64,000 nucleotides of DNA from Aplysia californica (lineage: Eukaryota), in the NCBI RefSeq assembly GCF_000002075.1, contig NW_004797278.1, forward strand, positions 2,032,009 through 2,096,008. Direction: 5' to 3'. Of the stretch, positions 12,501 to 24,500 are shown piece by piece. The notes below the pieces were generated by a model that saw only the letters and a list, made by a program, of their open reading frames with translations, was not told where the DNA came from and ran no database searches. The position numbers and the translations under genes were made by a program. The stretch's first letter is position 1. Each line of letters starts with the position of its first letter.

Positions 12501-15500
12501 TAGATTTGAAGTTAGTTTTTGTCTCATCCATACCTATGCATCACCTTCAACATAAAAATATAATTTAGGAATTACAGGCTTTTTTTTTAACTTCAAAGAA
12601 CAGACATTCTTGCTATATATACATGCAAATATGGAAGTGTCTGTGTTCAACATTGAAATAATACAAAAAAAACACTCATAATGTATTTGCACTTACAAAA
12701 ACAATGTAAGAACAGCAAGTACCATCTTATTCAGCTCAAAACATAAACACACTGAAGTCGAACAAGAAAAGAGCACAATCACGATCAGCACAACAAGGAA
12801 AACACCCATACCACTGACAAAACATTCTCACATTAAATATGTAACAACACCGTATTAAAACAAGGCACTGACGTCTGTGGAAGTAAGCTAAGACCATTTG
12901 TTCTAAACTGCAAGAGATACGGCACAGAAGTATGTCTAGCTGTAAGACATAAACGCCAGTACATATTCTAGCTGTGATAAGGATTACTTTGACAGTTTTA
13001 ACAGCAGCAGAGAGTGGTTTTGCTTGAAATCTCTTCTTTACAAACATGTACCTTGGTGAGGAAAATATTCCTTTCCAAAAAATTTAAAGACCTTTGTGTT
13101 ATTACAGCTAGACATTTATTTTTGTATGGAACAGGCTGCTTTACACATCAAAAGCTCATTCTGTTTTGAACTTAAGACGATGGGGCTAGGAACACTTGTT
13201 TCTATGAATAATGGCAGGATTATGCTTTATGTTATCCATTATCTGGCAGTAATTTAATGTCCCCCCCTGTCCCTCACGACATGATCAGTAAACTGCAGAT
13301 GGTAGAAATTCATGCAGCAAGGTTCAATACTAAAGGATAAAGCAAAAAAGAAAACCTGTTTCAACAATCTGAATTCCTAAAATACTTCATTGGGCAGTAG
13401 TTGATGCAAGAATGGAGTCTACAAATATCGTTTTTGATCATTGCGTAATTGCTCATCAGAACAAAAATGTCTTCACAAATGGAAGAAACAAAACAAAAAA
13501 ACTACCAGTAGACAGCTTTTAATTTAACTGAGTTTAGTGGGAGAAACAAGTTGTGAAACATGAATAATAGTTTTTAGAAAGAAGGTCAAAGATAATAAAT
13601 CATCTTGAGTCAGATGGGATTTTTTAAAGCTGTTAAAGCTTTCTTTATATTCACCAAGTAAAGCTTTCAAAGCAAAAATCCCACTTATTGAGGCAACCCT
13701 TGAGCCTGCCTATGAAAGCCCTATAATAAAATTCAACATCCATATGATTATTTAGGGTTAATCATTATTTGAAATTCCTGCACAAAACACCAAAACAAAT
13801 TTTGAAAATTTTTAGTCTACAGAGACACACACACACAAATTTTAATTTCACTTCCACATGTATGAGTAAAGAGAAGCACATTGACAGGCGGCTGACACTG
13901 TGTGCTGGAAAAGATCAAGACAGACAGATAATATAGACAGTAGAGGGAGAGCGAAAAAGTAGGACCTACCAAACCAGCCACTTTCATGAGAAACAAACTG
14001 AAATTATGAAAAAGTGTTAACTTGGTGCTGCTGAGTGGTGTTTCACATTAAATTCCAACACTGAAAGCCACAATCTGCTAAACAGTTGTGTAACCATAAA
14101 CATTCTAAAACTTAATTCAACAAAAGAGTGAAGTGAAAGATCTGACTGTAATCCCACCAAACATAAACACACAATCCAACCCATCTATGATTTAGAACTT
14201 ATTAAAGACTAATAAAACAAAAGACTTTGAGACTGGCTTTTTTACCCACAGGATTCTCCATCCGATAATTCTATAAATTTTAAACACCCGTAGTCTGAGA
14301 GTAGACATGTAAGCCAGAGAGCATGATAACAGGCCACATTTAACCAGTAACAAAGAACAAAGGAAACACTGAAAAAGGTAGGATCAGGCCATCCTGGAGT
14401 GCCCACCAAAAAAGAAGTCTAATGAAGCATATCATTCCTACAGGACAAATAAAAGTTACTGGCATCCTTTTGCCAAATCTAGCATAAATTGAGGGGTCGC
14501 TGAAAAGAGCACTCCCCTCTTCTAACAAGGCACTGCAAACAAATACAACATCAACAAGACAAAGATTTGTTCAAAAAGACTTGCAGACTAAGAAATTTAT
14601 AAAGTAATAAACAAAATATTGTAAGCTGCCAGAGATAATATACACAAAAAGCAGTAGAAAATACAACTTGCAGCAAACAGATTACACCAAGTGGAGGAAA
14701 GTACAAAAGAAGGAACAGATCAGTGGAAACAACAGCAGCCTTGAGCAGACTGTTCTCATATGTCAACATCAAAACATCAAATATTTGTGTGAAATAGGCG
14801 AACAACGTGGCTAACAACGTGGCTAACAACGTGGTACTCATCACTCACACTTGTGCCCATCTTCTTCTTCCTCCACTGAACGTACGTTATTCAACAGAAA
14901 AGATAGAAATTTACGTTGGGAAAGCATGAAAATAACATTTTGAAAGGCGAAGTTTTTGTTTTATTCTAGGATGTCATCCCAGCGAGCAGATTCGACCTTT
15001 CCCATATTAGAATGAATATATCTATGAAAATTATTCCAGTCATGAAATTAACTACAATAGGAAAGCAACCAGTGATGGAGGAAATGTCAGCTGGTAAACA
15101 GTAATCAAGTGCATAAGACATTTTCATGTTAGTAAATACAACCACTTTAATATTACAGTGTACCACAATCCATAGAGGCACGTTGGTTTATTGTATCATT
15201 TCTGATAGGCTAATCATACCCTCCTAAACAATGTTCAAACAGGTTTTACTCATCTTTCATCAAGTGATTTAAAAAGAGAACATTTTAATGTGTAGCATGT
15301 AGATTCCTCACGCATAATTAATGACATAAGGTTAAAATTTATAGTCTTTTATGGACATCTATTTCTTGAACACAGTGATGGCTGGGGTGCTTCAAATACT
15401 GACTTTCAGATTAAAGTGAAAAATGTCCTGTTAATCACTGCCTTTTAGTGCAGACACATGCACAACCCTTGCCTATTCAAGAGAGAAGAACATATGAGAG

Positions 15501-18500
15501 GAAAATATCAGAAGTCTTCATACAGGAGAGGCTCAACAGTAACATTCTTTGACATCAGTATGTTCAACAGGTCATTCTGTGAAGGTAGCAGTTAGTAAAG
15601 CCATTGAATTTCTACTGCTAGTAATGCCAGCAGGGAAGAGCACTTGCATACGGCCCAGAGTACATTAGGAAAGCATGGGGTTCCAGCAGTTCATACATAT
15701 GTCATTGAAGTCCCATCCAAGAGCGAGAAAAAAGGGCGCGCTAGACCCTCAAGACTAAATCTCTCCAAACATACATTTATTACCCCCAAAAAAGTCATTT
15801 AGGGCAGATACTTCCAGCACCTTGTATAGAGTAGTGCAGAACACGAAGCAAAGGATTTGATAGAGGGCATCATATATATTGTAGATATGTACAATAAGCC
15901 ACACTACTTGACTGTAAAATACTATTTTTATTCCATCTCATTTACAGTTAGATTTCAACTTGAATTAATGTTATGTTGGCAGGGCATGCTATTGAACAAT
16001 ATTTAATTCTCACAAGTGTTAGAATGATACAACAGCTAAGATGTTAGCATAGTCTGTTGGAGGTTATTTTACTGTGTATAATCCAGTCGACAAGGTTATC
16101 CCATATATCATCCATCTGGTGGTCATCAACTATCTCAACTTATGTTCTACAGACAGGAATGAGGACCACCTGATGCTCCAAATAAAAACTAAATTAAAAG
16201 TATAAATTTTGCTATCAGCAGCTTCTCCTGAGAAGTTCACACTCAGAGAATGTTAGATAGATGTGCATTTTTCAAAAGCATCTCTCTGTTTATTCATTCT
16301 TAGCATGTTATTCAAACTAAAAGAACAAGTTTAAAAGCAGCATAATAGAACAAAAAGTATCAGAAGAAGAGAATGAAATCATTGGCAGAATAGCACTCCT
16401 TGGAAATTGTTATTGTTGTATATTGTTTGGTTACTGTGTAAGTTCTACATTTTAACCAAAAAGAAAGTTATTATACATTGATTATTCTGGCTGCATCAGA
16501 GAAGAGGTCAAAAGTTTGCTTTTTCTGCCATTTACAAAGGAGTAATTTAAAAAAAATTTTATGCAAATTCTCAAATTATTTCTTATGCTCAAAGGAAAAA
16601 TTACAACCCATAAACACAAGTTTGCGAAAGAGAATTGTTTCAGCCTCAGCAACCTCTTCCCCTACCCCAGTCTAGCTACCAAGGAGAGAAGGATTAGGAT
16701 ACTACACTTTACAAGTTGGACACTATTACATGTTATTTATAAAGTCCTCAAGCCGGTCATTAAATATTACTGCGCAAAGACAAGATAAGAATGGAAACAA
16801 AGTCTGTGCATTCACCTATAGATGAAAGCCTATGTCTAGTGCCTGAACTGATATCTGAAAAAGTAACAGCCAAACAAAAGGTTAAAATTCAGCAATAGTT
16901 TACAGAGTTAATGGGAAGATTCAGCCCAATGCTTCATTGCTCAACAAATGCAAAGCTGAGATGGATTTCCCTGACTGCAGTCATTCTCTGTGAACATACA
17001 AATCCACTTAGGCTTGAGTCTTAGTCACAAGGTACTTTACTGAGCAGTCACCAGTAAGAAGTCACTTGTCTTAAAAGAATTGTTACCATGCAGCTCATTA
17101 TTACAGCCATTCTTAGATAGCGTACTGCATTGGAAAAGTGATGACTTAACAAACAAAAGTCAAAATCAAAAGCCTTAGTATGAGTACTGATTTGCATGTT
17201 CATTCTCTCAGGGTCGAAATGTCACTCATGTCACTTACTAAGAGGTTCTTCATCATCTTTATCTAGTACTGAATAAGTAAAAAAACACATGAAATATAAA
17301 ACACATTACAATTTCCAAAGTCACATAACATATATCAGTTACAAAAAGAAAGAAAGCTTTGTAATGAATTTACTTTCCTTAATTTTGTCCAAGAGCAAGA
17401 TTTATGAATCCTAACCTTAGACAAAAAAAAGTACCGATGTATCACCAAAAAATACAATAGGCCTACAGTGGTCTCAAACAAAGCACACCCTGCTAAAGAA
17501 CCTGGCTCACGTAACAGCCCACTTTTTCCTTGTAATGGATTGTGTCTCTACAATTATCATGAGTAAGAACCCGTTCTAAAAATGTAAATCTGTACCAGGG
17601 CGATAAGTCAGTTAAGAGTAAATAAGCATGGATACCCAGAAATTAACCAATAGGAGTCCTGGGGCCCAATGAAATTCAAAGAACCTAACCTTCCTTAAAA
17701 CCCACTTTTTTTGGTCCTCCTGATGACTGGATACTTAAATGAAGACCATTGTTCATGTTTCTTTACCAATAGAGGCACAAAGTTGGAGGTATACTTTTAT
17801 GATCATTCAGTTTTTTTAATCAAATTCCCTGTCTATCTACTTCATAAAAGCAAAAATTAATTACACGTAAGAATAAACATTTTCAAGGACTTTTGCTTTT
17901 TTATTAAAATCACAAAATTGTCAGAATGGTACAAATCTGACCACATAACTCTCTGAGAGTGAACTCAAAAGATTTTAGGACATGAAATATCATTTTGCAG
18001 CACATTTCGGGGGATTAAGAGGAAAAGATTTCAAAGATGTTCGTCTGATAAGTCTTTGCAAGTCTCCACAACCAAGTGCCTGGCTCCTGTAAGATAATGT
18101 TGTAATAAACCAGGCTTAAAAGAAGTCAATGAGGATTAATATTGTTTAAAACTAGGTTCATCATTTTCTCACAAAGTTGCCTTATACAATTCCTGAAGGT
18201 GTGGTTAGTTTCCAAATCCATGGAGCGGCAAGAACTTGAAACTATCTTAGCAAGAAAACAAGGCAAAATTGGAATCTAGAAGACAATAAGTTTACAAAGA
18301 AAGAACATGAATACATTTATCTTTGTGGACACTGCTTACCTCTGGTAGCAGCATCAATATTTTCAGACACTCTGGCATGGACTTGACCCAGGAAAGCATT
18401 TTGAACGAACTCAGTGATAAATTCTTGCAGTCTGCAATATGCCATTCAAAACAGCAAGATTAATTATGATGTTCCACATACATATGGAATAGCAATTTTA

Positions 18501-21500
18501 ATGCACATACAACACTCCATAGTCTTATATCAAAATAATCAATCTTACTCTAAGTACAGCTGACACAATATGAAAAATGGAAAAGGAAACCAGATAAAAA
18601 TATTGGAGAAAGTTGCATCTTCAATTGGACGCCCCTCTAGTTTAACTGAAGAAAGAAAAAAAAATCCCACGAGCAAGTGAAAAAGACAATATTGTCTGGT
18701 ATAAAATAATTTCTAATATGTGGAAACTCAACAGCACTTAAAACTTACCCGGAGGTGGTTTCCATTATCGCCTCAACTTCTTCAATAAACGATCGAAGGG
18801 GTTTGTAAATAGCTGGGCATGAAATAAAGACAGCACAAATGAAATCATCACTTCAAAAAATGCATTTTACTTGCACAGCATTAACAAAAGACCACATTCT
18901 TAGAATTTGACACAGTTTCAAAACACAAAATCAATATTTTAGTTAGATAACCTCGAGTAAAAAGATAAACACAATGTTATATATTTCATCATACCCTGAT
19001 TTTAGTTTTCATAGTTTTACGGCACTTGTAACACAATAATCTCACATAAGAGCCGAAGAATAGAAGTGTTACAAGAGAGTAACATACACAAAAAAGAAGG
19101 AGGAGAGATAAGAATGATAGAAGTTTGATAGGAAAGAAGGAGCAAACCACACCAGAGCACCCACCAACCACCCACCATAACGTGATGTTCATGAACTGCC
19201 TCATTAAGCGCTCATAATACAGACTATCTAGATACAATTATAAACTTCTGTGAAATAAAGCGGAGTCTAAAGAACATTGTAGAAGAACAAAGTATAAAAT
19301 GAACTAAATGCTGTGCCTCTGTTTCAATATTATTCATATCTTTACAGACGTAAGATAACTCAACTTACCTGTTATGTTAAAAGCTCCTGGCTTGCAAACT
19401 TTTACTATGAGCCAGTTGTCTGACTGACCAAGGGAATCCTGTGAGGGGATATAAGACAACACATCTTGCACAATAGGGTTGGTAATACAACATTTACCAT
19501 GGAAAAAAAAAAGTGAAAAGTCGTCCTGCTGGAGCAGGGTTTATGTCGCCCAATAAGCCTATTTCGGCACCTCGCCTACGTTCTGGTCCCGAGTCAGTTT
19601 AGCCCCTGGCTCAGCGCACGCGCAGCGCGCATCATCTTACGTGTCATTTGGGTCCCGAGTCCGACCCCCATTCACGCAGGTCAAGTGTGTGTGCGTCAGT
19701 CTGCTTGAGTTTGTGTGCGTTTGTGGCCTTCTTCTAGAACCGCCTGCGTTGGTTCGTAATCGAGGCATGCGTCTCATTCAAAACATGCCAAGTTGGTAGC
19801 TCTAGATGTTCGTCCAATGAAATTATAGAACAAATTGACTCATTTAGACATGAGGAGCTCGAAAGGATCGTCAGGAAACAAGACTTCCATTTTTCTATAC
19901 AAAATCTTTCAAATGAGCTTGATTTTGTATGAAATCATACTACCTGATAAAAAATAAGCTTGTTTGATAGTTTTGAAAACCATTGTGCAGGTTCAAAGAA
20001 CAGTTTGAGTGTAAAACATTCGGAAATTGACCTATATTATCCCCTTTTAAACCTCAGGTCATTCATAACAACAAGAGCGTCCAGAAAGGTTATTCGAATG
20101 AGCATAACTACTCTAATGTCTTATCAGCTTGTGACAGGGGGTTATTCATGTGTTTGTAACACTTTATAAATAGAAAGCTATGAAAGATAGAGCGTTATTA
20201 ACACACTCCCGCGGTATTCATGGCGAAAACACACGTTTCCCGGCGCGCAGTACACACTGAGTGACCCCGGCGGCCTGCCCGGCACGTCCAACGTAATTGG
20301 TTGCTGATAAGATTCACATCTCGGCACAGACGCAGGACAAGAGTTAAGTTGTAAATCACAAGATTATGACACCTAACAGAGACCACCCTTCAAAAAGGAA
20401 GGTTTACTTCAGAGATAAAATATGAGCTTTTTATTATTTAGTAGAGGTTTTACGGCGCTCGCAACTGCATAAGGTTATAAGAGCGCCAAGGGGTGGATGT
20501 CAACAGAGAAGTCTTTACAGGGAATCGGGCTTACTCTGCTCACCTCTCTAGCTTCAACCGCACAAAGTCTGTTCCGACTTTCAAGGCACCCCGGAAATAG
20601 CAGTTCACAAAAGAGTGACAAAATACAAAAGAAGTAGAGGAAAAATGACGATAGTCAGGGTTAGGAAAGAAAAAGCAGCAGTTCCCTGTTGTAGTTCAGG
20701 CACAGTTATGAGCATGACATTGATGAATCAACCCATTTACAATTCTACTATGCATAAGAACGAGAAATGTCCCCCCTTTGGGAATGGCCTAAAGACACTT
20801 CAGTCAGTGGCACTGCCCGGGGGGGGGGGGGGGGGGTCATGAGCTTATGAGCTTAAGCATACAGCAAATCAGTAAGGTAACACCCATACTGTGTCAGGAA
20901 CAGACGGTAATTTACACTATAATAGAGAACCTGTCAAGAAACCACAAACCAAGTACACAGACTCAGGGCCCAGAAGTGGGAGCAGACAAGGCACAAGTCA
21001 TCAATACCATACCCAAACAACAACAAACAACAGTTTGAGCAGCATGGCAAGGCAAACCTAAAATTAGAAGCCCACAAAGTAAACTTGAAGTGTGAATAAC
21101 TAGAACAAGTAACCAACATACAACATAATACATGATTATGTTTTATGTACTGATTATTTTGTGAACTGCTGCGGCAGATAATCTAAAAAATTAACACACT
21201 TACATGTTCAAACTGTTGAATCTGTTGTCTTGCACTGCTGACACTTATAGCATGTTGAGATGCATCAAATCTGAACAAAGAGACCTGGAACAGTACAGCA
21301 TGTACAGGTGAAATAATGTATTCCAGGCTTGACCTGAAAATTTCTTGTTTAAAATTTCACAATTCACAAAATCTGTACACAAATACCAAGGCTGAAGTTA
21401 CCCTTATCCTTAAATACCTTTACCCAAATCTTGAAAGCTTCCTTGCAGTATGGACCATAATATCACAAAAACGATATTCTTGAACGTCTGTACTTTTTGT

Positions 21501-24500
21501 TTGCTGAGATAATCAGTGAGTAGTGGATTGAAGTAGGAAGAAAGGGATATGGAAGCTCGCACGCCCATATGTGCATATGAGGGTGTGTGTGTGTGTGTGT
21601 GAGAGTGTGAGTGTCGGGGGTGGGGGGTGGGGGGGGGGGGGGGGAGCAATCGTCCATGGACATCAAAACCGACATGTACCTATGAAAAAGCTTGTGCTCT
21701 CACTATAGCTGACTATGTTGCATTCTCGAGTGAGAAAAAACTATCCCTTTTTGTCATTTTCCTTTATTCTCACAATATACATTGTAAATAGAGTTTGGAT
21801 CATTAAAATCTTGAGAAAAGTGAATGTTACAGAGAAAATGAAATAAATGTTTTACACAGGTACGTTCAAGACGTAGCTTTTTAAAGAGAAAAAATACTAA
21901 ATGGGACTCCAGACTTCGGAAACTCAACCTTACAGCTGAGAATACGTTTTAAGCCGAGAACATTACACAAGGTTTTACTGTACCATGTAGCTAAGTGACA
22001 AGGAAATGAGGCAGGACACTGTTATTACCTTTTTGGGTCTTGCAGGTTTCTTCTTGCTGAAGTACTGGCTGATGTCCATGCTTGGTTCATCAAAACCTGT
22101 GGGCGCCTGCTGTCTAGACGACATCGTGTTCTTCACATCCAAGTACTGACTCAGCAAAATCTGAAGCTAAAGTTGAGCATGGAAAGTTTAATCAAAACAA
22201 TCTGCTTAGAAATGATACTTTAACATCTTGAGGACACGTTGTTGGACTAGGAACAATACAATCTTTAAAGAAAAGTATCTACATAAAATTAGACAGTAAA
22301 ATGTTATCTGTAGAAAATATCATGTTTGAGCTTATGCAACCTGCAACCTTGTATGAGAGACTATCTAACATCGATCCTGCAACATTGATAAACTGCAAGC
22401 TTATACTGTTGAATGACATCAAGGGTGGTCACCTATGCATTGTGCTTAAGACAAAGTATAAATAGCCTCTGAGACAAAAATACACCCATAGCAACCCAAG
22501 AAAGAAAATTTACCTATTCTCTACACTTCTTTCACAACACAGAAATGTCTCAATGACAGAGACATGTTGGACTAAGAGGGCAAAATCAAATTTCACAGAA
22601 TGAGCTCAGAGAGCAAAAAATTGTCAAGAGATCAATAAAACATTAATAGTTCAATTAATCCCCTCAACAACAATATGGACCTGATACAACAGTTGAAAAT
22701 TTCCGGTTGAAGACAGGAACCTAGGCCTAACCCTCTAAACAGAAAATTGAAGCAAAACTAAACCAGTTAATCAGTAGCATTCAGATACTAGTTACAAATA
22801 CATAGGCCTACAGAATGATGAAAGGACAAAAAATACATTTTTAAAATTGATGTTTACAGAACTAAACAAAATAATTGTCATGAGACTCTTCATTTCTTTG
22901 AAAGTTACAAAAAAGAAACAGAGAAAACAACAGAAACCATGAAGCTTACCCTTGCTTGTATTTCTGACCAGACATCTTTCATATCATACAGGACATTCCC
23001 ATGCAAGGGCATACCAGAACTCTGAAAAGAAACAATGACTCTGAACCAAGCTCAGTTTATCTTTTCCTGAAGAACAATGTCCATCTTAACTAATTTTAAA
23101 AGAAAAAAAAATCAACAACAAAAGACAGTCTTAAAATGAAAAATATATATTCTGATCAGTCCTATTTATAAACGAAACAGTTATTTCAGTCTGACATTTT
23201 AATTATTTCGCTGAAAAACCTGAGCAATTCAAGACTTAAAAGTAATAAAAAGTTATAAAGTCTATAAAATCATTCACATAATGAAACATACATCTATCTA
23301 TTAAACTATGTCCTGGTGCTAATCAAGTTCTTCTGAAAAAGAAACAATAAACATGTTTATCTTCAAATATCAACTTTAATCTTCAAACATAAAACTTCTG
23401 ATTCTAAAAAATAACATGTATAAATCATTGTTCTCTGTTCTCAAGCAGTCTTCAACCATAATACAATATCAATCAGTCTTTAATTTTCCAGCGATTACCA
23501 TACTGCCTTGATAAGGACTCCCTCTAACTACAGAGGCAATAAAGCCAAAAAAGAAACTCTTCACATAGCACAGTAGTTAACAATGTTATAATCCAATAAA
23601 TATGACCAAGATATTCAGAGTTCTCTTTATGAATTATTGTAGAAGTGCAAAACATTTCTGAATTTGAATTTATGAATGTATAAACTTCCCTGATTTCTTT
23701 ATGGGACAGTGGCATGACACACTTGAAGTGCTAGCAAAGCCAGCTTTTTTCTTCTTTTTTTTTAAACAACATGTTCAAATAAAACCTCCCAGTGCTCAAA
23801 CTGTTAAAGAATCATAATGCTATTAACTGGAAATTTTCCTCATCTACATAAGTATCAACATCAAACAGCTTGTCAAAGTCAAAAGCTCAGTCAAGACATA
23901 GTTCAATGTTGAAACTATCTGAAAGATGCTCATTGCCAACAGTATGTTTATGATGAATGAGGTCACTGCATGCATGTCACACGTTTCATCTTAGATAGTA
24001 TGCACACCCTTCAGAGTACATAATGACGATAATGGCTGACAAAATCATGCCGAATTAGAAGCTGGCATCTCTGGAAAATTTTTATCACAGCTAATATATA
24101 ACAGTTCAACTATAACCAGACACATCATAACCACACAAAATGTAGTGGGTTGTAAGTCAAATTCATTGCCACGAGGCACAATTTTACACACAGATGAACA
24201 TGAGCCAAAAAATGCTTTGTTATTTCTTCATTCATTATAATTCTTCCTCTCCACCCAATTGACTTTCTACACTAAATGCAATTCTTATAATGGCCTTTTC
24301 TCAAATTTTCATTAAACCTTTAAAAAAAATTAAAGTGATGGTCAAGTGTACACTTTAATAATCTTGACTGCAAAGAAACAACTCAGAAAACAACGCCTCA
24401 TTATTTTCTAAATAGAGCTGCCTTGAATACAATTTAAGATGATTAAAAAGCCTTGCAGATACAGGCCACAGAAAAGCATACTACATTAAAATCAATTTCG

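Noticed and set aside
13980-14007. 28-nt AG..GT segment in EXOC4 intron 17
   Set aside because: Not a multiple of 3 and has an in-frame stop; shows the chance background for microexon-like hits.
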